NCBI GenBank assembly: GCA_964494945.1
Contig: CAZBTX010000003.1
Coordinates: forward strand, 47,897 to 111,896
Source: an uncultured Candidatus Saccharibacteria bacterium
GTDB taxonomy: Bacteria > Patescibacteriota > Minisyncoccia > Sungbacterales > JACQCQ01
Length of the DNA stretch: 64,000 nt
Direction: 5' to 3'
Shown: positions 54,863 through 61,718 of the stretch, in pieces
How the letters are laid out: the number at the start of each line of letters is the position of its first letter
Numbering within the stretch: the stretch's first letter is position 1
Program-made: the position numbers and the translations under genes
Notes under the pieces: model-generated
What the model saw: the letters and a program-made list of their open reading frames with translations, nothing else
The model's database searches: none
What the model was told of the DNA's origin: nothing

Positions 54863-55093
54863 CTAGAACTCGAAACGCTGGGGGAGTAACTCCGCTGTTT
54901 CCGGGATCTCCGGGTAGGGGATGTACCCCTCAACCCCCGCTCGCACGCCCTTGATGAACATATCGAGATGTTCACGGGTAGGACAAGTTTCCTCCCAGAC
55001 GCCCCCGTCGCGTTCCACTTCTACGTGGAAGATGTCGATTTCCGGGTCGAGATTGACCCGGTACCGCCTGATGCGGATGGTAATTTCCCTCAC
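54863..55093 (-). CDS. Hypothetical 76-aa protein, high-GC (about 57%); GTG start
   Basis: GGGAGAACTCCGCC then GTG; 13 bp downstream of 55107..55772; followed by a strong terminator. Confidence 0.5.
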   Translation of the reverse strand: MREITIRIRRYRVNLDPEIDIFHVEVERDGGVWEETCPTREHLDMFIKGVRAGVEGYIPYPEIPETAELLPQRFEF

Positions 55094-55106
55094 GGCGGAG
55101 TTCTCC

Positions 55107-55772
55107 CTAGTCCGCCAAGGTGGGGTCGTGAAGATAGGCCGTCTGCTCGAGGAGATGCACGCCCTTCAGCTCAAGATCGGCATGATCGGGGGCACGCAGG
55201 ATTCCCTCGGCGAACATGTGGGTCTGCCCCTCGCTTATCCTGATGCGCGTCCCGTGGCCATTCAGTTGATGGCGCGTTCCAAAGACTGACTGATCCTTTA
55301 CTTCGTCCGGGTCCTTAAACTCCGGCAGGTTGGAAAGAATGACGCTCATGCGGGCCACTTCTTTCCACGAAGACGAAACCGGGAAAGCAAAGATATCTCC
55401 CTGCCGTTTTGCTTTCTTGCCGAGAAGGTTCTCGAGGCGGCGGATGTGAGGAGGGCGCAGGGCTTCAAAAAATCCCTTTTCGCCGCCCTTATTGAAGGCA
55501 TCCCGCACGCTGCCGTTCAGACGCACGAGAAAGGGTTCCTCGTCGGTCCCGCCAAAAAACGTCAAGTCATCGTCGTAGCTGTTTCTCGTTCTCGCGGCGA
55601 AGAGAAACTGCGTCCCTCGGGCAAGCTGCACGATCCGGGCTTCCGGATAGAGCGGAAGTGTAATGATATCTTTTTGTCGCGCGGGAGCCAACCGCTTTTC
55701 ATACGGGACCCATTCGATGCGCGCTTTTCCTGCCCGAGTTGGGAGCTTGGGATTCGACACCATAACGTTCAT
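55107..55772 (-). CDS. Hypothetical 222-aa protein, high-GC (about 55%)
   Basis: GAGGAGGACGAC then ATG (MNVMVSNPKLP...). Confidence 0.55.
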   Translation of the reverse strand: MNVMVSNPKLPTRAGKARIEWVPYEKRLAPARQKDIITLPLYPEARIVQLARGTQFLFAARTRNSYDDDLTFFGGTDEEPFLVRLNGSVRDAFNKGGEKGFFEALRPPHIRRLENLLGKKAKRQGDIFAFPVSSSWKEVARMSVILSNLPEFKDPDEVKDQSVFGTRHQLNGHGTRIRISEGQTHMFAEGILRAPDHADLELKGVHLLEQTAYLHDPTLAD

Positions 55773-55861
55773 GTCGTCCTCCTCTGAAGTTTTAGCTTCT
55801 ATACTTTCAAAGACCCGATTGCATCGTCGCATTTGCGTTGAGATTATCTAGACAATCGGGA

Positions 55862-55888
55862 ATTGACTCAAATTTGATTTGAGTCAAT
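55862..55888. promoter_or_regulatory. Palindrome ATTGACTCAAAT-TTG-ATTTGAGTCAAT, 22 bp upstream of the wHTH-Nudix gene (candidate autoregulatory operator, overlapping a TTGACT -35-like hexamer)
   Basis: Perfect 12-bp arms. Confidence 0.5.
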
Positions 55889-55909
55889 CATTGCTGCGAG
55901 AATAGCATC

Positions 55910-56566
55910 ATGCATTTCATCCAGCAGCACATCCTGAAATTGCTCACCTACGGGGGAGCCAAGCGGTACTCCGATTTGAAACCGTCCGGAGTAGAAGGCA
56001 ACCGGTTTATGTATCATCTGAACCGGCTGATCGCCGGCGGGTACATCCGAAAAACAAAGTCGGGCTATTTTCTCGCGGCATTCGGCAATCGGTATGTTGA
56101 TAAATTGAGTTTGAAAACATTCACGCCCCGCATACAGCCCAAAATCGTCACGGTCCTTCTTTGCCGGAATAAGGCGGGAGAATATCTTACGTACACAAGG
56201 AACCACGAGCCATTTAAGAACTTACTGGCTTTTCCGTACGGCAAGCTGCATCTTACGGAAACCATATATGAAGCGGCGGCGCGCGAACTAAAGGAAAAAA
56301 CCGGCCTTGCCGGTAAACTTTCTCATCGGGGTGATGTGTATCTGAAGATCTTTTTGGAAAAAGAATTTATCACCCACATGCTTTGTCACGTGTTTGAGGG
56401 AAAAGATCTAAAAGGCACGTTGGTCAAGGAGTCCGACTACGGATCATGCCGATGGCAAGCGCTGGATGCCGCCAAATCAAAAGAATGGATACCGGGATTT
56501 TTGGAAATTGAGAAATTATGCCGGAAAGGACCTGCTCGTTTCTTTGACGAGTTGACGCTCTTGTGA
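55910..56566 (+). CDS. NUDIX hydrolase with N-terminal winged-helix DNA-binding domain
   Basis: Nudix box GKLHLTETIYEAAARELKEKTGL; N-terminal '...LLTYGGAKRYSDL...' wHTH-like segment. Confidence 0.7.
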   Translation: MHFIQQHILKLLTYGGAKRYSDLKPSGVEGNRFMYHLNRLIAGGYIRKTKSGYFLAAFGNRYVDKLSLKTFTPRIQPKIVTVLLCRNKAGEYLTYTRNHEPFKNLLAFPYGKLHLTETIYEAAARELKEKTGLAGKLSHRGDVYLKIFLEKEFITHMLCHVFEGKDLKGTLVKESDYGSCRWQALDAAKSKEWIPGFLEIEKLCRKGPARFFDELTLL

Positions 56567-56677
56567 GCCGCATCCATCCCCGGACCAAGTCCCGCGGGGC
56601 TGGGGTTTGAAACACTGCTCCCCGAAAACTGTTTATATACAATATTAATAATTAATAGGGCGTGCCGGCGAAGAAAT

Positions 56678-56710
56678 AGTCATTGAACAATTCCATAGAA
56701 TTGTCCTATG
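56678..56710. promoter_or_regulatory. Palindromic site copy 3 (TAGTCATTGAACAATTC-CATAG-GAATTGTCCTATGA) upstream of the ArsR-family gene, near a TATAAT box
   Basis: Shares left arm with copy 4 and right arm with copies 1/2. Confidence 0.55.
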
Positions 56711-56794
56711 ATACAATGATATACAGATACCTATAATAATAGAAGAGACCTCCTGGTTACTAGATTACCAACAGAACAAACATACAGAACAAAC

Positions 56795-57061
56795 ATGAAA
56801 AGGTGGACAGTGGTTTTTAGAGCCCTGGCAAATATAAACCGGCTTAAGATAATTAAGATGCTCTCCAACGGCCGAAAGATGAGCGTTACCGAGATCGCGG
56901 AAGATATCGGCATTTCCTTCAAGGCAACCTCAAACCATTTGGCGTTGTTGAAGAATTTAGACGTCGTAGAGGCGCGGGGGGCCTTGGGCCATGTTTTCTA
57001 TTCTTTTAATCGGCAACTGCCCAAAGATTTCCAAAAAACAATTGAGATCGCCCTGAAATAG
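56795..57061 (+). CDS. ArsR/SmtB-family transcriptional regulator (no metal-binding Cys motifs)
   Basis: HTH '...MSVTEIAEDIGISFKATSNHLALLKNLDVVEAR...'. Confidence 0.75.
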   Translation: MKRWTVVFRALANINRLKIIKMLSNGRKMSVTEIAEDIGISFKATSNHLALLKNLDVVEARGALGHVFYSFNRQLPKDFQKTIEIALK

Positions 57062-57096
57062 TCATTGAACAATTCCATAGAATTGTTCAATGACTA
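57059..57096. promoter_or_regulatory. Palindromic site copy 4 (TAGTCATTGAACAATTC-CATAG-GAATTGTTCAATGACTA, 17-bp perfect arms). Begins with the ArsR stop codon and is followed by TTTTCTG, so it may double as a terminator hairpin.
   Basis: Contains TGAACA...TGTTCA half-sites typical of ArsR/SmtB-family operators. Confidence 0.55.
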
Positions 57097-57138
57097 TTTT
57101 CTGAAATTCTAATTTCAAAATAGTAAAAATATGAAAAA

Positions 57139-57363
57139 ATGAAAAAATCGGATTACTTTTTTAGAAGTTTAGTGAATGCCGCGGGTGTCTTTATTTATAT
57201 GTCCGGTGTAGCGTGGCTGGGTTTTAATAACCAGATGATTTTCGGCAAGCCAACTAATTTTCTTACGCCGTTATTCGTACTTCTGTTATTCGTCATATCC
57301 GCTTCCGTGACGGGCCTTTTGGTCTTCGAACCCATCTCTAAAATATCTCCAGCCGCGATATAG
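57139..57363 (+). CDS. Small membrane protein, 74 aa, 2 TM
   Basis: ORF with two hydrophobic helices; 77 bp after the ArsR gene. Confidence 0.45.
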   Translation: MKKSDYFFRSLVNAAGVFIYMSGVAWLGFNNQMIFGKPTNFLTPLFVLLLFVISASVTGLLVFEPISKISPAAI

Positions 57364-57454
57364 GCCAATTTCAGGCAATCCCAGAAGCGATGACGAAGGT
57401 GTATCCTCTGCGATACTCTGAGGAGGAGCGACGCAGGAGTGCCTGAAATTGGCC
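57363..57454. repeat. Long inverted repeat GGCCAATTTCAGGCA ... TGCCTGAAATTGGCC (15-bp perfect arms, 62-nt spacer) starting at the stop codon of 57139..57363
   Basis: Seen directly; spacer contains further short repeats (CCTCTGCG twice). Confidence 0.55.
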
Positions 57455-57744
57455 ATATCCCGCAGGGTTCTTACATTTTTCTTCCTCTGCGGCGTTACTC
57501 CTCGTCGCCGTAGTGCTGCGACTACGGCTTCCTCGTCGTGCCTTGCAGGAAAAGAAAAATTCTAAAGAACGCGACTCGGATATATTTTAGAGATGGGTTC
57601 TAGGCAAACCTATTCACTTGTATTTAGGTGGCCTTAGAAAAGAAGCATTTACCTTGCTTTTTGCCACTTTGGCGTGGCTTATTCTCTTTCTTGCCGCGGT
57701 TGTGATTGTGTTATTGGCGCGGTAGTTTTTTCAGTTTTTGTTTG

Positions 57745-57790
57745 CGTCCACTAAAAATTGAGAAGGCCCGACTCGCCGGCGAGTCGGGCC
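57745..57790 (-). terminator. Rho-independent terminator for 57793..58092 (GGCCCGACTCGCC|GGCGAGTCGGGCC palindrome, then a T-run on the minus strand)
   Basis: Perfect 13-bp arms directly after the stop; TTCTCAATTTTTAG on the transcribed strand. Confidence 0.7.
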
Positions 57791-57792
57791 TT

Positions 57793-58092
57793 TTAGGTCG
57801 CGGTCTTTACCGCGCGCGGGAGGATTACCTCAAATTCCTCACGCAGTTCCGGTTCAACGGCGGCGTAGGGCGTGATTAGCGGCAGGCCGTTCTCTGCAGA
57901 AAGCTCGAGCATCTCTTCTGCGGCGAAGCGCCGGAGAATTTCGTTCAGTGTCCAGCCGGGGCCGAACGCGGGCTTAATGCCTATTCTCCTGGTTCTTGCG
58001 AAGATCTCTATCACGAGGTCTCTCCAAGAGATTTGCCCGCCGAGATGATCCGCCAAAATACGGCGGATGAGATACACCATGAAGTCCTTCAT
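57793..58092 (-). CDS. Hypothetical protein of about 100 aa, high-GC (about 57%)
   Basis: GGGGGAGGTGA region upstream of clustered GTG/ATG starts; strong terminator. Confidence 0.5.
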   Translation of the reverse strand: MKDFMVYLIRRILADHLGGQISWRDLVIEIFARTRRIGIKPAFGPGWTLNEILRRFAAEEMLELSAENGLPLITPYAAVEPELREEFEVILPRAVKTAT

Positions 58093-58249
58093 CACGATGG
58101 TCACGTTCTCACCTCCCCCCAGCGAGTTGAATCTATATTTAATGATAACTCAAGTCCCGCGTTAATTGGAAGAAGTTTATTGACATTTTAGGCATAACTG
58201 TTAAAACGTCTATAAGTTGTAGATTCCAAAAATTCGCAAGGAGGGTCGG

Positions 58250-58648
58250 ATGCAAAGACATGAAATCATAGGGGAACTGCAGGGCCCCGAGGACGTGGGG
58301 CGAGCTATCGATATCTACAGCTTCGTGGATAAAGTTCGGTTCATTTCATGGGTCATTCGGATCTCCGGGTTCATCGGCGGCGGCGGTTTCTTTCTTCTGC
58401 TTCCGCACGGGGGCGGATGGAAGTGGGAGCTGGCGGCGTTTGCAATCTCACTTGCCACCGGCTTCGTGGCCACGGGCTGCGCCCGGGCCGCGTTTGGGAG
58501 TGCTAGGAGGAAACTGGTGGCAGAGCTCGGGGTGTTGCTGGAGAGCGGTCAGGGGTACGTCCTGGTGCTCACTGAACTAACCCCGGAGGATTTCTGGCTT
58601 AACTGTTTCCTCCAGAAATATCTTCCGAAGTATGCCGAGTACGACTAG
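58250..58648 (+). CDS. Hypothetical 132-aa membrane protein, high-GC (about 58%)
   Basis: AAGGAGGGTCGG then ATG; hydrophobic Gly-rich helices; followed by a strong terminator. Confidence 0.55.
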   Translation: MQRHEIIGELQGPEDVGRAIDIYSFVDKVRFISWVIRISGFIGGGGFFLLLPHGGGWKWELAAFAISLATGFVATGCARAAFGSARRKLVAELGVLLESGQGYVLVLTELTPEDFWLNCFLQKYLPKYAEYD

Positions 58649-58667
58649 CCAGAATCACCGCGATTTT

Positions 58668-58709
58668 GCGGCGGTCGGGCGAATTTCGCCCGACCGCCGC
58701 CTCTTTTTA
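58668..58709 (+). terminator. Rho-independent terminator (GCGGCGGTCGGGCGAA-T-TTCGCCCGACCGCCGC then CTCTTTTTA)
   Basis: Perfect 16-bp stem plus T-run. Confidence 0.75.
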
Positions 58710-58875
58710 TACAGAAACCTTTGACTACTGACCTCCGTTATAGTAAACAGAGAGCGTAGTCAGTCCCAATCTACTTAGAAAAGTACACATTTCGCACATG
58801 TCTTTGGACCCACACGACTCTCTCAAAACAAAAGAAAACTCGGAAGGCCAGTCCCGGTTCGGGAAAGGGAACGGG

Positions 58876-59472
58876 ATGGCCGACGAGGTTCTTTTGGCGT
58901 CATCGGAGGATGACCCGCAACTTTTTGAAATATTGGTGCGCCGTTACCAAGAGCCGTTCTTAAGAGCGGCGGGGAGAGTGGTGCACCGCCGTGAGGATGC
59001 TGAGGATATAGTTCAAGAAGCATTTCTGAAGATCTATAGAAACGCCGGTAAATTCGTAAAGCAGGAAGGGATTGAATTTAAAAGCTGGGCGTATCGCGTA
59101 GTTCTGAACACATCTTTTACGCACTATCAGCGCCTGAAAAAACGCGGAATCTGCGAAGAAGACGACGGCGAAGAATCTTTGATAAATGTTATTTCCGAAA
59201 ATGACGACATAAAACGAACATTGGATGTCAAAATGCTGATTGAACGGGTGCTGGTTGATATGCCCGAGGACCTGGCGCGGGTGTTAAGGAGGCACTATCT
59301 GGAAGATAAGGCCTATGAGACCATTGCCGGAGAGGATAAAACAACTATTGCTTCAATAAAAATGCGGCTTTATAGAGCCAGAAAACAATTCAAGAAACTT
59401 GCCGATACCAGCCGCGGTTCTATAAAGAAGAAAGCCGACGTTAAAGTATCAAACGAGACCCAACCATTATGA
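58876..59472 (+). CDS. ECF-type RNA polymerase sigma factor (sigma-70 regions 2 and 4)
   Basis: Region 2 '...DAEDIVQEAFLKIYRN...' and region 4 HTH '...KAYETIAGEDKTTIASIKMRLYRARKQ'. Confidence 0.75.
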   Translation: MADEVLLASSEDDPQLFEILVRRYQEPFLRAAGRVVHRREDAEDIVQEAFLKIYRNAGKFVKQEGIEFKSWAYRVVLNTSFTHYQRLKKRGICEEDDGEESLINVISENDDIKRTLDVKMLIERVLVDMPEDLARVLRRHYLEDKAYETIAGEDKTTIASIKMRLYRARKQFKKLADTSRGSIKKKADVKVSNETQPL

Positions 59473-59849
59473 CCCAACTCATCAATTATTCGGAAGCATT
59501 AACCAGACGCATCATGCGCCGGGTTTATTTTACGTGGTTTGTGAAGCGCGTGGCTCCGACCATGGCTTTGCAGACGGCGTCACTGGCTCTTCTGCTTATC
59601 GGAGTTCATGAGTTTATTTCGGTGAAATTCGTTTTAGCCAATGCCGTGGATTCCATCTCTAGCGTGCCGTCGTTGGTCAGTTTCACCACGAGTGCCGTGG
59701 GTAATGCAGGATTCATCCCGCAATTATTGCTCGGCGCTTCAACGTTTCTCGGGCTCTTGATAGTTCGCGATGTTCTTAAAGTATTCCGTAGCCGCACGTT
59801 TGTTCTTCAAGGAAAGATAACACCGATGGCAGAAAGAATTTATCGTTAG
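59469..59849 (+). CDS. Putative anti-sigma factor / membrane protein co-transcribed with the ECF sigma (ATGA overlap)
   Basis: Position and overlap; 2-3 TM helices; no conserved anti-sigma domain recognised. Confidence 0.45.
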   Translation: MTQLINYSEALTRRIMRRVYFTWFVKRVAPTMALQTASLALLLIGVHEFISVKFVLANAVDSISSVPSLVSFTTSAVGNAGFIPQLLLGASTFLGLLIVRDVLKVFRSRTFVLQGKITPMAERIYR

Positions 59850-59915
59850 GCCTTCTATTTTGGAGGTCTGCCCATGCGCCTTGCCGGCGTGTTGGTAGAA
59901 AAAGGTCGTTTGTGT

Positions 59916-59957
59916 AATAAACAATCCCCGCCCTTTAAAGGGCGGGGATTGTTTATT
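59916..59957. terminator. 42-bp perfect palindrome (AATAAACAATCCCCGCCCTTT|AAAGGGCGGGGATTGTTTATT) after the sigma/anti-sigma pair
   Basis: Seen directly. Confidence 0.6.
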
Positions 59958-59997
59958 GAAAAAAGCGGTTTTTAGTGCTAGATTTGGTTTTGTTTTA

Positions 59998-60095
59998 CCC
60001 CCACACCAGAAAGCTCCACCCCTCAGGGCGGAGATGAATGGAGTTATGAAATAGGTCATTAGAAATGCCGTGTCCCTTAGGGCGTGGTGTGGGGG
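59998..60095. mobile_element. MITE-like inverted-repeat element, copy 4 (CCCCCACACCAG ... TGGTGTGGGGG, interior about 75 bp sharing GGCGGAGAT with copy 3), abutting the tRNA-Ser fragment
   Basis: Same termini as the other three copies. Confidence 0.55.
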
Positions 60096-60102
60096 TTTAC
60101 TG

Positions 60103-60263
60103 GGAGGGTTGGCTCGAGTGGGTCAAAAGCCAAGGTCTTGGCTTTTGACGGGAAATTAGCGCAGATTTATCGGAGCGTATAATTTCCCGGGGTTTCGCTG
60201 GCGAGACGCGAGAGCTTCCGCAATAGCGGAGCTCCCGTCTTAGGGAAGCGAAACAAGGCGCCG
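60103..60263 (+). pseudogene. Disrupted tRNA-Ser copy: 19-nt 5' end (GGAGGGTTGGCTCGAGTGG) and a later internal piece (AAGGCGCCGCACTCG) separated by about 125 bp of hairpin-rich insert
   Basis: Both pieces are identical to the corresponding parts of the intact tRNA at 60425-60512. Confidence 0.55.
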
Positions 60264-60424
60264 CACTCGCCCCGCACTAAAAATTTGGAAGCGTGCCAGA
60301 GTGGGCAAAATCTGAATGTTTTCAGGTTTTGCCGGAAAATAGTGTAAATTTATTGAAACGTAATTTTCCGTGGGTTTCGCCGGGGGGCGAAACAATGGGC
60401 GAGAGGTCTCGTCCCGCACTAAGC

Positions 60425-60512
60425 GGAGGGTTGGCTCGAGTGGACTAAGGCGCCGCACTCGAAATGCGGTTGGGGAGAAATCCCCTCAGAGGTTCGAATC
60501 CTCTACCCTCCG
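60425..60512 (+). tRNA. tRNA-Ser (anticodon CGA), class II with long variable arm. Flanked by a perfect 12-bp inverted repeat (CCCGCACTAAGC / GCTTAGTGCGGG) that extends the acceptor stem.
   Basis: Acceptor GGAGGGT/ACCCTCC, anticodon loop CTCGAAA, variable stem GGGGA-GAAA-TCCCC, T-arm AGAGG-TTCGAAT-CCTCT. Confidence 0.75.
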
Positions 60513-60599
60513 CTTAGTGCGGGATTGCGATTTGTTCCTGAAAATTTGCCCCGTAAATTTGTCAGACAAATCGGGAAAAAACCGTTATACCGGAAACGG

Positions 60600-60708
60600 T
60601 ATCGGAGGTTCGAATCCTCCCGCTTCCGTAGTCAAATTTTAGTGCGGGGTAAAAAATGCGGTTGGGGAGCAATCCTCTCGCAGGTTCGAATCCTGCACCC
60701 TCCGCAAG
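60600..60708 (+). pseudogene. Two further partial tRNA 3' halves: 60600-60632 (T-arm GGAGGTTCGAATCCTCC plus acceptor 3') and 60655-60708 (variable arm, T-arm GCAGGTTCGAATCCTGC, ACCCTCCG)
   Basis: The second aligns base-for-base with the 3' half of tRNA-Ser(CGA), with compensatory changes. Confidence 0.55.
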
Positions 60709-60848
60709 TCAGGATTTTGCAAATGGACAAAGGAAGCCTCGCGGCGCGAGACGCGCCGCTCGGCTAGGATTTGAAAGGGCTTTTTGTGCGAAAACGAAAA
60801 GGATTTATCGATGAAGGGCGAAAGAAATTTTTTCATATTAAAATAATC

Positions 60849-61550
60849 ATGAATAAAAAAATAATCATATCAATTATCTTCTTGGTCTTACTAAGCTCAG
60901 TTAGTTTTGTATCGGCAATTTCTTCTGGTTATAATCTTGAAATTGCAAACATTAATATTCAGAAGGGTTGGAATTTGGTTCCTTTAATTTATGATTATCA
61001 TATAATTGCTGAAGATTCAGACATAAAGCTTCAAGATATTAAGGTAGCCTACATGTACCCTCCGATTGAAAATAAATATGTTAAATATATTGAAAAGGGT
61101 AGAGTTCTTCGAGGAAATACCGGTCATTTTTGGATAAGCGAAGAAGAGATAAGAAAGATCATTGCTTCAAAACAATATTTAATTGACTCAGAAGCAGACG
61201 CAAGGAATTTAACGTTCGGTATGTCTTCTTGGGTTTATATCAATAAAACAGGGAATATAAAGATTAATATTGGTCATGATAGCGATGGGGATAAAATCCT
61301 TATAAGCGGATGGAGCTTTTTAATCATAACTCCCGAGATGATTGGAAAAAACTTGAGCCAAATTAAAGGGGGCTGCGATATTATAAAATCTTATGCATGG
61401 TGGGCCGAAAAGCAAACTTGGGACTTAATTGATTTAAATGACGCTCCATTTGACAACAACCTTATGGGTATGGGTATAATTGTAAAAGTTTCAAATGATT
61501 GTGTATTGAGTAGCGCCAGCCCCACCATTCCTCCACCACTGCCAAATTAA
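60849..61550 (+). CDS. Secreted protein, 233 aa, very AT-rich (about 31% GC), signal peptide; C-terminus ...SASPTIPPPLPN
   Basis: N-terminal MNKKIIISIIFLVLLSSVSFVSA signal; paralog of 61719..62447. Confidence 0.6.
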   Translation: MNKKIIISIIFLVLLSSVSFVSAISSGYNLEIANINIQKGWNLVPLIYDYHIIAEDSDIKLQDIKVAYMYPPIENKYVKYIEKGRVLRGNTGHFWISEEEIRKIIASKQYLIDSEADARNLTFGMSSWVYINKTGNIKINIGHDSDGDKILISGWSFLIITPEMIGKNLSQIKGGCDIIKSYAWWAEKQTWDLIDLNDAPFDNNLMGMGIIVKVSNDCVLSSASPTIPPPLPN

Positions 61551-61561
61551 AAGTTGAGAAT

Positions 61562-61708
61562 ATGAAAAAACTAATTTTAATTATCCTAATTATAGGAGTT
61601 GTAATAGGATTGGGGCTATATTTGTGGCGTTTTGGCTTGTCTATCCCAGGGACAGATACTTTTTCAACTGAAGGGACCATTCCTCAACCGCCGGCATTAC
61701 CAGAATAA
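61562..61708 (+). CDS. Small 48-aa membrane peptide (MKKLILIILIIGVVIGLGLYLWRFGLSIPGTDTFSTEGTIPQPPALPE), sharing the proline-rich C-terminal motif of its neighbours
   Basis: Hand-translated; below the ORF-track cutoff. Confidence 0.4.
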   Translation: MKKLILIILIIGVVIGLGLYLWRFGLSIPGTDTFSTEGTIPQPPALPE

Positions 61709-61718
61709 CTTTAAATTT

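Noticed and set aside
53265-57096. Possibility that the four 'CAATTCCATAGAATTG' repeats form a CRISPR array
   Set aside because: Spacing is irregular (about 1.0, 2.4 and 0.37 kb). Units are interrupted palindromes located at promoters and gene ends. No cas genes are present.
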